Source of the DNA: an uncultured Methanoregulaceae archaeon
GTDB taxonomy: Archaea; Halobacteriota; Methanomicrobia; Methanomicrobiales; Methanospirillaceae
Length of the DNA stretch: 64,000 nucleotides
Assembly (NCBI GenBank): GCA_963730355.1
Contig: CAVSRL010000007.1
Span: forward strand, 23,517-87,516
Direction: 5' to 3'
Shown here: positions 9,444 through 20,140 of the stretch, piece after piece
Numbering within the stretch: the stretch's first letter is position 1
Layout: each line of letters opens with the position of its first letter
Program-made: the position numbers and the translations under genes
The notes under the pieces: model-generated
Told to the model about the DNA's origin: nothing
Database searches by the model: none
Seen by the model: only the letters and a program-made list of their open reading frames with translations

Positions 9444-10471
9444 CAGGTCCCCTCCCGCCACGTGCGGGCGACGGCGGCGGCCGTCTGCTGGATCCGGCCG
9501 GCCTCCTCCTCGTTCGCGAACTTGATCCCGCAGCTCGGCGTGATCAGCGACTGCCGGACGAGGAGCGCCGGGTCGACGTACTCGGCCATCGTCGCGCGGA
9601 TCGCGGCCATGCGCGCCACGAGCGAGGCCTCGGTCTCCTCCGCGAAGAGGCGGGCGTCGGCCGGCACCACGCCCCACGCGACGATCCCGCCGCGCTCGAG
9701 GTACGCGGCCGCGTGCTCGGCGTAGAGCAGGAACTCCGTCGCGGTCTGATACGCGTCGAGCGAGATCACGGCCGGGTCGAGGTCCATCACGAAGGTCCAG
9801 TCCGTGTTCGAGCAGCAGTGGACCCCGAGGCCGCCGTTGACGAGGGACGCGATGTCCTCGAACGCGAGCCGGACCGTCTCGTCCGAGACCGGGACCACGG
9901 TCGAACCGAGGCTCGCCCAGTACGGCTCGTTCAGGACCACGAGTGTCTCGGGCACGCCCGTCGCGGCGAGCCGCTCCTCGACCGCGCGGGCCCGGAGCGC
10001 GAGCATCTTGCCGAGCAGGTCCGCGTAGGCCTCGTCGTAGAGGATCGGCCGCTTGTCGCGGTCGACCACCTGCATCCCGAACGTGACCGGCCCCGTCACC
10101 TGGGCCTTGACCAGGACCGCGGACGAGAGGTCGCGGGAGACGAGGTCGAGGAGGCCGGAGTAGGTCTCGGGGGCCGGCCCGTACGCCGCTGCGTCCTGCC
10201 CGACGAAGTCCAGGTAGACCCGTTCCATCGCCTCCGAGTGGTCGGCCGCGAGGTCGACCACGAGCCGGCCCTCGGTCACCTCGAGGCCGGGGAGGGTCCG
10301 GGCGTCGTTCCAGACGATCTGCTCGAAGGGGCCGCGGTTCGGCAGGCCCGGCGCGTACGGGACGTCGGGGAATGCGGCGAGCACGTCGTCGACCGCGCGG
10401 GCCGGGTCCGTGTGCGGCAGGCCGCCGACGCCGGTCGCGCGGCCGTCCGTGGGAGAGAGAAAGCGTGCCAT
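9443..10471 (-). CDS. Core-MetE-like methyltransferase (cobalamin-independent methionine synthase catalytic-domain family)
   Basis: Intact 342-aa ORF. LNEPYW, GVHCCSN (HxC), ISLDA and TPSCG resemble the MetE Zn/homocysteine site. Family call is from motifs only; an MtaA/UroD-like alternative is not excluded. Confidence 0.65.
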   Translation of the reverse strand: MARFLSPTDGRATGVGGLPHTDPARAVDDVLAAFPDVPYAPGLPNRGPFEQIVWNDARTLPGLEVTEGRLVVDLAADHSEAMERVYLDFVGQDAAAYGPAPETYSGLLDLVSRDLSSAVLVKAQVTGPVTFGMQVVDRDKRPILYDEAYADLLGKMLALRARAVEERLAATGVPETLVVLNEPYWASLGSTVVPVSDETVRLAFEDIASLVNGGLGVHCCSNTDWTFVMDLDPAVISLDAYQTATEFLLYAEHAAAYLERGGIVAWGVVPADARLFAEETEASLVARMAAIRATMAEYVDPALLVRQSLITPSCGIKFANEEEAGRIQQTAAAVARTWREGT

Positions 10472-10474
10472 GGG

Positions 10475-12408
10475 TCAGGCCTCCGTGTGATGGATCCCGT
10501 TCGAGTGCGCCCGGAGCCGGCACCGGTCGAGCATGGCCGAGACCCCGGGGAAGAGCTCGAGGTCCGTGTGCGGCAGGAACGAGGAGGAGGTGTACTCCTC
10601 CATGAACGAGGGCTCGGCGTTCAGCTCGATGTAGGCGATGTTGTCCGCGATCACGTCGAGCGTGCGCCGCTCGTCGCGGTTGATCAGCGCGATGTTCGCG
10701 CCGTTGACGGCGCCGTTGCCGATGTTCTTGATCCGGTCGAGCGGGACCTCGGGGATCAGGCCGATCGTGATCGCGTTCTGCTTGTTGATGTAGTTGCCGA
10801 AGCCGCCCGAGAAGTAGATCGTGCCGAGGTCGCGTGTGCGTGATCCCGGCCACGTTCATCAGGACCGCGCAGGCCGCGAGGACCGAGGCCTTGGACATGA
10901 TCAGGGACTTGATGTCGTTCTCGGTCACGACGAGGTCCTTGCCGATCCCGGTCTCGTCCGCGAACGCGACCACGTACTCGGGGGCGTACTCGCCCTTCCG
11001 GACGCGCGGGTGGTCGATGGTCGTGTCGATCAGGCCGTTCCGGTCGATCACGCAGGCCGTCAGGAGTTCGGCGAGCAGGTCGATCAGGCCCGAGCCGCAG
11101 ATCCCCTTCGGCTTGAGGTCGTTGATCGTCTTCCAGCTCGGTTCGAGCGTCATCGGGGTCGATGGTCACGCGCTCGATCGCGCCGGGGTTCGCGCGCATG
11201 CCGAAGAGGACCTCGCCGCCCTCGAGGGCCGGGCCGGCGGCGCCCGCGCACGAGAACATCCACTCGTTGTTGCCGAGCACGACCTCGAAGTTGGTGCCGA
11301 TGTCGATCATCAGCGAGACCTCGTCGCTCGTGCCCATGCCGCAGGCGAGCACGTCCGCGATGATGTCGCCGCCGATGAAGTCCGAGACGGCCGGGAACGC
11401 GAAGACGCCCGCGGTGGGTGCGACCGAGAGGCCCAGGTTCGAGGCCGCCGTGTTGATCGACCGCCGGACCACCGGGACGTACGGCTCGGAGATGATGTAC
11501 GCGGGGTCGATCCCGAGGAGCATGTGGGTCATGACCGTGTTCCCGGCGACCATCACCTCGTAGATGTCGTCGCGGTCGATCTTCGCGTGGTTCGCCGCGT
11601 TCGTGATCGCGGTGTTGATCGACTCGGCCGCGAGGGTCTGGAGCTTCGCGAGGCCCGACTTCCGCCCGAAGTTGACGCGCGAGAGGATGTCCTCGCCGCA
11701 CGAGATCTGGCGGTTGTAGTTCGAGGCGATCCCGGCGACCTTTCCCGAGACCAGGTCCCAGATGTAGGCCACGACCGTGGTCGTGCCGAGGTCGATCGAG
11801 ACCCCGTAGAGCCGGTCCGAGGTGTCGCCGGCCTCGACGTTCAGGAGCCAGTACTTGCCCGGCGGCTGGAGCCCGACCGTCGCGGTCACGTCCCAGTCGG
11901 CCGCGCGGAGGATCTCCGGGATCTGGCGGAGCACGCCGAGCGGCGCGAAGATCTTCTCGGGCGGGGGACCGTGCTGCCGGTGGATGGCGTCGAGCATCCG
12001 GTTCAGGTCGGGCGACGGGTCCTCGAGGGTCGGCGCCGAGAGCGTGACGTGGTACTTCAGCACCGACGGCCGGAACGCGGTCGTGATGTCGAGCCCCTCG
12101 ATCAGGATCTTCTGCTCCTGGATCAGCGAGCCCTCGGGCACGGTCACGTCGAGGTCCGAGACGACCGCGGTCGTGCAGGCCAGGCAGGCCCCGCGCCCGA
12201 GCTCGGCCGGCGTGAAGAACCGGCCGTACTTCTGCCGGTCGAACTCGGCCTTGCCGGCCTTGACGTAGACCAGGCACTTGCCGCACTTGCCCACGCCGCC
12301 GCAGACCACGTTCATCTGGAGGCCGGCGCGGCGCGCCGCGTCGAGGATGGTCGTGCCCGGCGGCACCTCGACCTTGCGGTAACTCGGGAGGAAGGTGACG
12401 ACCGGCAT
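10475..12408 (-). CDS. acsV: Reductive activator of corrinoid Fe-S protein (RACo/AcsV type)
   Basis: N-terminal 2Fe-2S ferredoxin fold (CGGVGKCGKC...C) plus an ASKHA ATPase body (IDLGTTT, DIGTN, YFSGGFGNY). Frame breaks near 11155 (G4 run) and 10840. Confidence 0.8.
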
Positions 12409-13747
12409 CTATCCCTTCCACTCCGTCTCGAGGAACGCGCCGATGTCGGCCGCGTCGCGGGGGCCGACCATCACCGTCCACTTGGTCGCGTCCTCGATCG
12501 CGCCCGAGAGCGGGGACGCGTACCCCGGGATGATCAGTTTCCGGTGCGTGACCGCGGTCTCGACCTCGAACTTCCGGATCGCGTCCGCGACCACGGTCTC
12601 GGAGAGCTTGCCGGCCGCCACCGCGGTCAGCACGGACTGCCCCTCGGTGTCGACGATCAGCATGTAGCAGGGGATCCGGGTCGACTCGAGGTAGCCCTGG
12701 AGCGTGAAGAAGGTGAGCGAGAAGTTCACGGTCATCAGCACCGGGGCCTCGGGGCCGGGGTTGCCGATCCGGTAGAGACCCGGCGTCATCTGGATCGGCT
12801 TCTGCGGATCGGTGTAGACGTTCTGCCGGAGGGTCAGGGCCGCGATCGTCTCGGGGCGCGAGAGCGGGCCGGCCACGAGGACCGAGCCGAACTTCAGGAT
12901 CCCGAGCGCGAGCGCATCCGGCGCGAGGGCGCCGACCTTCGAGCAGTCGTAGTAGACCGGGTAGCCGAGCTCGGGCACGGCCCGCGCGATGGCCGAGCTG
13001 CCGGACGGCCGAGGAGCGCTCCACGAACTCGGCCGGGGTCGGGGCGTCGAGGTCGAGCACGAGGTCCGCGACGCCGAGCGCGGTGCAGCGCTGCACGAGT
13101 GCCACGAGCGGCTCGAGGTCGGGGGCGCGGACCACGAGCGGGGCGCCGTGCTTCTTCGCGAGGGCGCAGACGGCCTCGGCGTTCGCCTCGGTGGCGCCGT
13201 CGAGGAGCGGGCGGAAGGTGCCGCAGTGGGCGAGCCCGGCCTCGAGCGCGGCCGGGTCGTCCGCGATCAGCACCTCGGGCAGGTCGGCGTTCGCCTCGAC
13301 GATTGCGACGGCCCGGCCGAACGCGGCCGGGTCGCCCGAGTCGTTCGCGACCGCGACCCCGTTCAGCAGGAGGTCCTGGCCGACCCGGGTCAGCTTGAAG
13401 TCGCGGACCTCGTGGACCACGCCCGTGATCGTGGCCTCGTCCCAGGTATCCGAGACCCGGAAGAGGATGGCCGGCTGGTGGTAGAAGGTCTTCTCGTGCC
13501 GGTAGAAGACGAACTCGTCGCCGACCCGGAACGAGCGCTCGCCGACCCCGACCTTCACGAGCCGGATCGGCGGCCGGGTCGAGGCCCCGAGCACGGCCTT
13601 CGCGTTCTCGTCGAGGTACGGGCAGAGCTCGACGTCGGCCTTGCCCGACGCGAGCTTCATGGCGAACGTCAGGCAGGTCGGGACGCCGCACTCCTTGCAG
13701 TTCTTCTTGGGCAGGAGCTTGTAGATGTCGAGGGCCTTGAGCGCCAT
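12409..13747 (-). CDS. acsC: Corrinoid iron-sulfur protein, large subunit
   Basis: N-terminal 4Fe-4S motif KNCKECGVPTCLTFAMKLA...LCPY. About 446 aa, the bacterial AcsC size. One frame break near 12993. Confidence 0.85.
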
Positions 13748-14685
13748 CAGGTCGACCCCCAGGTCGCCTCGATCGCGGCCTTGAGCGGCGCGACCGAGTC
13801 GGGGTGGCGGACGCAGACGATCGCGGCGCCCGCGACGGCCGCGGCCAGACCGGTCGTGACCTCCCAGGCGACCGCGGTCCGGTGGGCCTCGCCGGGCGGG
13901 GCGTCGCGGACCTCCTTGATCGTGAGCGAGTCCGGGGCCGACGAGATCATGGGCATGGCCAGGTCCGCGTCGCCCTTGAGGGCCGCGTACCGGATCCGCT
14001 CCATGGCCGAGTAGGAGTACTCGAACCCGTACCCGAGCGCGCCCGTGTACGGGTCGATCACGATCTGCTCGTGGGGCACGCCGATCTCCCGGAGCAGGAT
14101 GTTGAGCTGTTTTGCGAGGTTCACGTCGATCGGGGACTGCGCGATCACCGCGTGGTGGTACGCGAGGGCGGCGGCCGCGACCGATCGGTACCGGGCGGCC
14201 TCGGCCGTACCGAGCAGGAGGCGCTCGCCCTCGCCGGCCTCGCCGATCCGGCGGAAGGCCTCGGACTCGATCGCGGGCTCGTTCGGCCCCTCCACGATCA
14301 GCGGCAGGTCGGTCGCCTCGAGCACGGTCCGGACGGCCGTCCCGATGGCGTCGAAATCGTCGAAACCGCGCCGCTTCGTCGAGGTCAGGTAGAGCCGGAC
14401 CAGGTCGGCGCCGAGGTCCGTCCCGGCCATTCTCGCCCAGCAGGCGAGGTCGGCGGCCGTCGCGCCGAGGCGCTCGATCGCGAGCGGCGACCAGTACGTC
14501 GGGTCGTCGCAGAGCTCGTACGCGACGAGCGGGCGCGTCAGGCCGTCGTTCGGCTCGACGAACGGGAGCCCCGCGTTGCCGCCGATCCGGTACGAGACCC
14601 TCCGGGTTCCGCCTTCGGCCGAGGTCGCACCGATCTGGACCAATCCGATGGTGCCGTTCCAGTCCGCGGGTGGTGCGTACGCCAT
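13747..14685 (-). CDS. acsD: Corrinoid iron-sulfur protein, small subunit
   Basis: Intact, 312 aa (bacterial AcsD size). ATG 14685 is preceded by GGAGAC. Shares one base with the acsC start. Confidence 0.8.
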   Translation of the reverse strand: MAYAPPADWNGTIGLVQIGATSAEGGTRRVSYRIGGNAGLPFVEPNDGLTRPLVAYELCDDPTYWSPLAIERLGATAADLACWARMAGTDLGADLVRLYLTSTKRRGFDDFDAIGTAVRTVLEATDLPLIVEGPNEPAIESEAFRRIGEAGEGERLLLGTAEAARYRSVAAAALAYHHAVIAQSPIDVNLAKQLNILLREIGVPHEQIVIDPYTGALGYGFEYSYSAMERIRYAALKGDADLAMPMISSAPDSLTIKEVRDAPPGEAHRTAVAWEVTTGLAAAVAGAAIVCVRHPDSVAPLKAAIEATWGST

Positions 14686-14693
14686 GGGGTCTC

Positions 14694-16727
14694 CTAGAAG
14701 AGCTCCTTCATGGCGAGCGCGGGGTGGCCGACGGACTCGAGGTAGGTCATCAGCTCCTCGATGGTGTTCGCCTCGTGCTCGGTCGCGATCTTGTCGAAGA
14801 GGTCCGCGAGGCCCCGCTCGGCGAGCTTCGCCTTCAGGCGGGGCGCGAGCTCCTCCTTGAGGGCCGCCGGGAGCCAGACCAGCCGCTCGATCCCGCCCTC
14901 GGCCTGGAGGAAGCGGTCCGAGAGGAGGTAGCCCTTCGAGATCCCGGCGAAGCCCGGCGTCTGCGAGCCGCCGCCGATGGTGCCGGCGAGGGTCGAGAAG
15001 GTCATGCCCGAGGGGGTCTCGCCCTTGTACTCGCGGTTCACGACCATGATCCCGTTCACCTCGGGAAGCACGAGCGCGATCGCCTCGAAGCAGCCGCAGG
15101 CGGTCATGGGGTACTCGACCACCGCGTAGAGCCGGCACCGGTCGACCGCGCCGTGCGAGGCCTTCTTGATGAACCGGTTCACGCCCTCGAACTCGCCGCC
15201 GCTCCGGTCGATCAGCCCCTCCTTCTTGACCGGCTGGTTCGCGCCGGCCGGCGAGATCTCGTGGGCGATGCGCCCGTCGAGCCAGGAGATGGCGCCGCAG
15301 AGCGCGGGCCGCTCGGGCGTGATGACGCAGACGTGGTCGGGGGCGAAGGTCTGGCAGAGCGTGCAGGAGTAGAAGACGTCCACGTCGTCGTCCTTCATCC
15401 CGCGGATCCGGGCGTCGCGCTCCTCGTAGACCGCGTCGGCCTCCTGCTTGAGCCGCTCGACCTCCGCCCGGTCCGTGACGAGCGTCACCTGGACCGCGTC
15501 GAGCAGGTCGGGGAAGTCCATCCGGAACTTCGCGGCGAGGAGCTTGCCGAGGTGCTCGATCCGGAGGCCGTTCTTGACGGCCTCTTTGGAGATACGCACC
15601 CAGATCAGGTCCCGCTGTGCCGTGTGCCAGGAGCCCTCGCCGTAGTTGACGAAGTTGTGGATCCGCCGCTCGAGGACAGGCTCGTAGTCCTTCCGGAAGT
15701 TCGTGCCGGCCACGTCGACCAGGATCGCGAGCGGAACGGCCGTCCCCTCCTCGAGCTCCTCGATCTCGGGGCCGATCACGGTCACCCTGCCGTCCTCGAC
15801 CTCGGACGGGTCCTTCATCCGCAGGAGTTCGAACGCGGGCGACCGCCCGCCGCCGAACTCGACGTACATCTCCTCCTTGCGGATCGACTTGCCCTCGAAT
15901 GCGGGCGAGCAGCCCATCGGGATCGGGATCGCCGTGACCGTGACCCGGATGCCGAGGAGGTCCATGCCGGACCTGACCGCGTCCTTCCCCTCGGTCGCGG
16001 TCCAGTCGCCGCCCTCGTACCCGCCCGTGTGCAGGATCGGGATGCCGAGCATGCGGAGCGCGTCGACGCAGGCCACCTCCTCGTCCGAGAGGCCCGGGAA
16101 CGCGATCACCATCGCCCGGGCCCGCCGCTCGGCCGCGTACGCGAGCAATCGCGCCGCGTCGCCGGGCGTGACCCCGCCGAACATCATCGCGACGCGGGCG
16201 AGAATATCGGCGAAGTGGACGCCGTGCGACGGCGTCGGGCCGAGCGGGACAAGCCGGTACTCGAGCCCGACGCGGACGTGCGCCTCCTGGAGCGCGGGCA
16301 CGACCGGGCCCGCGAGGAAGGTCAGCATGTACTTCTCCTGGAGCTCGCGGCAGAGCGCGGCGGCCACGTCGGCGTGGTCGGGTTTGCCGACGATCAGGCA
16401 GAGCCCGAGGATCGAGCCGTCCACGAGCGAGTACCCGAGCTTCCGGATCTCGGCGTCGGGGATGAAGCCCGTGTACGGCGGGCCTTCCGGGCCGGACCCG
16501 GCGGCCCGGTGAGCCCGGACGCACTCCCAGGCGACGAGCGGGTTGTCGGCGGAGGCCGCGTACGCGGCCCGGGCCGAGTCGGCATCGGTCACCGGGGTGC
16601 CGGTCACCGCGAACGAGATCGGCAGGTGGTACGCGGTCTCCTCGTAGGCGAGGGGGCCGTCGAGCGCGGCCATCGCCGTTTCGAGCGCGGCACCGCCCGC
16701 CTCGACGGCCCGTGGAATATCGATCAT
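14694..16727 (-). CDS. acsB: Acetyl-CoA synthase, bacterial AcsB type (with N-terminal domain)
   Basis: Intact 677 aa. A-cluster signature PMTACGCFEAI and FYSCTLCQTFAPDHVCVITPERPALCG. Has the extra ~250-aa N-terminal domain absent from archaeal CdhC. The C-terminus ...GHPALAMKELF is clostridial-like. Confidence 0.9.
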   Translation of the reverse strand: MIDIPRAVEAGGAALETAMAALDGPLAYEETAYHLPISFAVTGTPVTDADSARAAYAASADNPLVAWECVRAHRAAGSGPEGPPYTGFIPDAEIRKLGYSLVDGSILGLCLIVGKPDHADVAAALCRELQEKYMLTFLAGPVVPALQEAHVRVGLEYRLVPLGPTPSHGVHFADILARVAMMFGGVTPGDAARLLAYAAERRARAMVIAFPGLSDEEVACVDALRMLGIPILHTGGYEGGDWTATEGKDAVRSGMDLLGIRVTVTAIPIPMGCSPAFEGKSIRKEEMYVEFGGGRSPAFELLRMKDPSEVEDGRVTVIGPEIEELEEGTAVPLAILVDVAGTNFRKDYEPVLERRIHNFVNYGEGSWHTAQRDLIWVRISKEAVKNGLRIEHLGKLLAAKFRMDFPDLLDAVQVTLVTDRAEVERLKQEADAVYEERDARIRGMKDDDVDVFYSCTLCQTFAPDHVCVITPERPALCGAISWLDGRIAHEISPAGANQPVKKEGLIDRSGGEFEGVNRFIKKASHGAVDRCRLYAVVEYPMTACGCFEAIALVLPEVNGIMVVNREYKGETPSGMTFSTLAGTIGGGSQTPGFAGISKGYLLSDRFLQAEGGIERLVWLPAALKEELAPRLKAKLAERGLADLFDKIATEHEANTIEELMTYLESVGHPALAMKELF

Positions 16728-17076
16728 CGCGAGATTCTCCCGAGTACCTCTCTTGGGTACGCGTCTATATCATGGCATCGAACATGGCGCACGGCCATGG
16801 TGACGGTGTCCGGCGCAGGGGATTTTGCGGTCGCGGAGGAGGAACTCCTCCGACGATGGCTGTCGAGAGGCGGCACCATTGCGGACGCGCCGGGGCGCCG
16901 ATGGCGCGCCCCGCAACGCGGAATTCAGCGAGCGCTCTGGCATCCAGCACGATAGAGACGTGATCGAGGAAGCGGCGATCCGGTGCGGTTTGGACCGATA
17001 CATTTTTCTCGGCTCGCCCGATAGAGACGGCTCGCCGCAGGCATGCCCCGGTCGTGGAGCGGAAGAATGTATGGAA

Positions 17077-17089
17077 AATATTTATATAC
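17077..17089 (+). promoter_or_regulatory. TATA box for cdc48
   Basis: aaatatttatatac lies about 50 nt upstream of ATG 17140. AGGAG is at 17128-17132. Confidence 0.45.
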
Positions 17090-17139
17090 TTTGTTACACT
17101 AACCTTAGGTGAATATAACTCAATTTACAGGAGATTTAC

Positions 17140-19566
17140 ATGGCAGATACCAGCAATTCCATCAACGTCACGGTCAAGGAGGCGGCGCGCGAGGACGCGG
17201 GCCGCGGCATCGCCCGCGTGAGCATGGATGCGATGCGTGCACTCGGGCTCGTCTCGGGCGACGTGATCGAGATCCAGGGCAAGCGGAAGGCGAACGCGAT
17301 CGTCTGGCCGGGCTTCGCCGAGGACACGGGCCGCGCTATCATCCGGATCGACGGCAGCACCCGGGGCAACGCCGGCACTGGCGTCGATGAGCAGGTCCAG
17401 ATCCGCAAGGTCCAGGCCGGCGTCGCGAAGAGGGTCGTGATCCAGCCGACGCAGCCGATCCGGCTCGTCGGCGGCGAGCAGTACCTCAAGCGCCTGCTCC
17501 TCGGCCGCTCGGTCATGGAGGGCCAGGCGCTCCGCGTCGACGTGATCGGCAACCCGCTCACCTTCGTGATCGCGAAGGTCGCACCGAAGGGGATCGCGAT
17601 CGTCTCGGACGAGACCGTGGTCGAGCTCAAGGAGACGCCGTACGAGCCGAAGGCCGACGAGGAGAAGGGCGAGCGGACCGACGTCCACTACGAGGACATC
17701 GGCGGGCTCGGGCGCGAGCTCGAGCAGGTCCGCGAGATGATCGAGCTGCCGCTCCGCCACCCGGAGATCTTCGAGCGGCTCGGGATCACCCCGCCGAAGG
17801 GCGTGCTCCTCTACGGCCCGCCGGGCACGGGCAAGACGCTCATCGCGAAGGCCGTCGCGAACGAGGTCGACGCCCACTTCCTGACGATCTCGGGCCCCGA
17901 GATCATGTCCAAGTACTACGGCGAGTCCGAGGGGAACCTCCGGCAGGTCTTCGAGGAGGCGACCGAGAACGCGCCCGCGATCATCTTCATCGACGAGCTC
18001 GACGCGATCGCGCCCAAGCGCGAGGACACCAAGGGCGAGGTCGAGCGGCGCGTGGTCGCGCAGCTCCTGGCCCTGATGGACGGGCTCAAGGGGCGCGGAC
18101 AGGTCGTCGTGATCGGCGCGACCAACATCCCGGACTCGATCGACCCCGCGCTCCGCCGCGGCGGGCGGTTCGACCGCGAGATCGAGATCGGCATCCCCGA
18201 TACGAAGGGGCGCGAGGAGATCTTCAAGATCCACACCCGCGGCGTGCCGCTCTCCAAGGACATCGTCGAGAACGACCGGATCAAGGCCTACGCCGCGACC
18301 ACGCACGGGTTCGTCGGCGCCGACATCGCGCTCCTGGTCAAGGAGGCCGCGATGCACGCGCTCCGCCGGGTGCTCCCCTCGGTCCCGGCCGACGAGCAGA
18401 TCCCGGCCGAGGTGCTCGACAAGCTCGAGGTCACGGACGACGACTTCACCGACGCGAGGAAGTACGTCGAGCCCTCGGGCATGCGCGAGGTGCTCGTCGA
18501 GGTGCCCGACGTGACGTGGGCCGACGTCGGCGGGCTCGAGGAGGTCAAGGCCGAGCTCCAGGAGACGGTCGAGTGGCCGCTCAAGTACGCCGACGTCTTC
18601 GAGAAGCTCCGGACCGAGGCCCCGAAGGGGATCCTGCTCTTCGGCCCGCCCGGCACGGGCAAGACCCTGCTCGCGAAGGCCGTCGCGAACGAGTCGGACT
18701 CGAACTTCATCTCGATCAAGGGGCCCGAGCTCCTCTCGAAGTGGGTCGGCGAGTCCGAGAAGGGCGTCCGCGACATCTTCAGGCGCGCACGCCAGGCCGC
18801 ACCGGCGATCATCTTCTTCGACGAGGTGGATGCGCTGGTGCCGGTCAGGGGTGCGTACCAGGGCTCGAGCCACGTGACCGAGTCCGTGGTCAGCCAGATC
18901 CTGACCGAGCTCGACGGGCTCGAGGAGCTCAAGAACGTGGTCGTGCTGGCCGCGACGAACCGGCCGGACATGATCGACACGGCGCTCCTGCGCCCCGGGC
19001 GACTCGACCGGCACGTCTATGTCCCGCCGCCGGACGAAGAGGGCCGGAAGAAGATCTTCGAGGTCTACCTCGGGCAGGCGGCCGACCTGCTCGCGGGCGA
19101 CATCAACGTCGACGACCTGGTCGACCGGACCGAGGGGTTCGTCGGCGCGGACATCGAGGCCCTCGTCCGCGAGGCGAAACTCGCCGCTATGCGCGAGTTT
19201 ATCACCGTCATGGGCAAAACGTCAGATCAGGAGCGGGCCGACGCGGCCGCGAACATCCGCCTCACGAAGGCACACTTTGACGCCGCGCTCGAGAAGGTCA
19301 GGGGCTCGCTCGACCGAGACGCGCTCGAGGCATCGGAACGCCAGGCCTGGGAGATGATGTACAACCAGGAGCAGCGGTCCGTCCTCGAGGAGGCGGCGGC
19401 CGTGGTCCGCCGGGCCGAGCTCGCGACCATGGGCGTCGGCCCCGAGAACGAACTGCGGCAGCAGGCCGACGCTCTGCGGAGGGCGGTCTTCGCCCGGAAG
19501 AAGGACTTCGCCGCCCTCCGCGACCAGACCGCGGCCCTGAGAGAACGTCTGGACACACCGAGATAA
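17140..19566 (+). CDS. cdc48: CDC48/VCP-type double-ring AAA+ ATPase
   Basis: Intact 808 aa. N-domain plus two AAA modules (two GPPGTGKT Walker A motifs, DELD/DEVD Walker B). About 75-100-aa helical C-terminal extension. Confidence 0.9.
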   Translation: MADTSNSINVTVKEAAREDAGRGIARVSMDAMRALGLVSGDVIEIQGKRKANAIVWPGFAEDTGRAIIRIDGSTRGNAGTGVDEQVQIRKVQAGVAKRVVIQPTQPIRLVGGEQYLKRLLLGRSVMEGQALRVDVIGNPLTFVIAKVAPKGIAIVSDETVVELKETPYEPKADEEKGERTDVHYEDIGGLGRELEQVREMIELPLRHPEIFERLGITPPKGVLLYGPPGTGKTLIAKAVANEVDAHFLTISGPEIMSKYYGESEGNLRQVFEEATENAPAIIFIDELDAIAPKREDTKGEVERRVVAQLLALMDGLKGRGQVVVIGATNIPDSIDPALRRGGRFDREIEIGIPDTKGREEIFKIHTRGVPLSKDIVENDRIKAYAATTHGFVGADIALLVKEAAMHALRRVLPSVPADEQIPAEVLDKLEVTDDDFTDARKYVEPSGMREVLVEVPDVTWADVGGLEEVKAELQETVEWPLKYADVFEKLRTEAPKGILLFGPPGTGKTLLAKAVANESDSNFISIKGPELLSKWVGESEKGVRDIFRRARQAAPAIIFFDEVDALVPVRGAYQGSSHVTESVVSQILTELDGLEELKNVVVLAATNRPDMIDTALLRPGRLDRHVYVPPPDEEGRKKIFEVYLGQAADLLAGDINVDDLVDRTEGFVGADIEALVREAKLAAMREFITVMGKTSDQERADAAANIRLTKAHFDAALEKVRGSLDRDALEASERQAWEMMYNQEQRSVLEEAAAVVRRAELATMGVGPENELRQQADALRRAVFARKKDFAALRDQTAALRERLDTPR

Positions 19567-19580
19567 CCGAGACAGCCATA

Positions 19581-20009
19581 ATGAGCACCCACGCACACGA
19601 CAGCGACGAGCAGGAGATCGAGGCCCTGGTCAGGGAACTGATCGGGCGCCTCATGCAGAACCGGCAGGCGGGGGGGCAGGGACGGATGCCGATCGCGATC
19701 GGGTTCAAGATCTTCTACGGCCCGGAGGACGGAGACGACGAGACGCCCGAGGTGATCGAGCAGGTGCCCGAGGTCTCCACGATCGAGGACAAGGTCGTCG
19801 TCGTGACCGAGGTCCCGGGGATCGCCCCCGAGAATATCAAGATGGGCATGACCGGCCGGACCCTCCAGATCTTCGCAGAGGAGGACGGCCGGCGGTACCA
19901 CACGACGGCGCCGTTGCCGCCGTGCGACCCGGGCTCGGTCAGGACGCGGCTCAAGCACGGGATCCTCGAGGTCGTGCTCGACGCGGCCGATGTGGCCGCG
20001 CAGAGCTGA
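19581..20009 (+). CDS. hsp20: Hsp20/alpha-crystallin small heat-shock protein
   Basis: 142 aa. Alpha-crystallin core ...VVVVTEVPGIAPENIKM...RTRLKHGILEVVLD. Starts 14 nt after the cdc48 stop. Confidence 0.85.
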   Translation: MSTHAHDSDEQEIEALVRELIGRLMQNRQAGGQGRMPIAIGFKIFYGPEDGDDETPEVIEQVPEVSTIEDKVVVVTEVPGIAPENIKMGMTGRTLQIFAEEDGRRYHTTAPLPPCDPGSVRTRLKHGILEVVLDAADVAAQS

Positions 20010-20024
20010 GACCGCGACGATCGC

Positions 20025-20037
20025 CTCTCTCTTTTTC
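20025..20037 (+). terminator. Oligo-T tract after hsp20
   Basis: ctctctctttttc lies about 15 nt past the stop. Confidence 0.4.
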
Positions 20038-20140
20038 GAAGGTCTCACCGGCGACCGGACGGTCCGCTCTCCGCGGGAAGGAAGGTATATGTCCTCGACG
20101 ACCACAGTTGCTCGCCGGTTTCTACGGCGAGGGGACTGAG

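Noticed and set aside
8387-16955. Very long plus-strand ORFs (8387-10843, 10834-13398, 14112-16955) and out-of-frame minus ORFs (8691-11153, 11150-13747, 13747-16524).
   Set aside because: They run antisense or out of frame to the ACS/CFeSP genes. Only their short in-frame portions, which I merged into cooC, acsV, acsC and acsD, look like protein.
17125-19014. 629-aa minus-strand ORF opposite cdc48.
   Set aside because: GC-driven antisense ORF with no motifs. cdc48 on the plus strand is intact and unmistakable.
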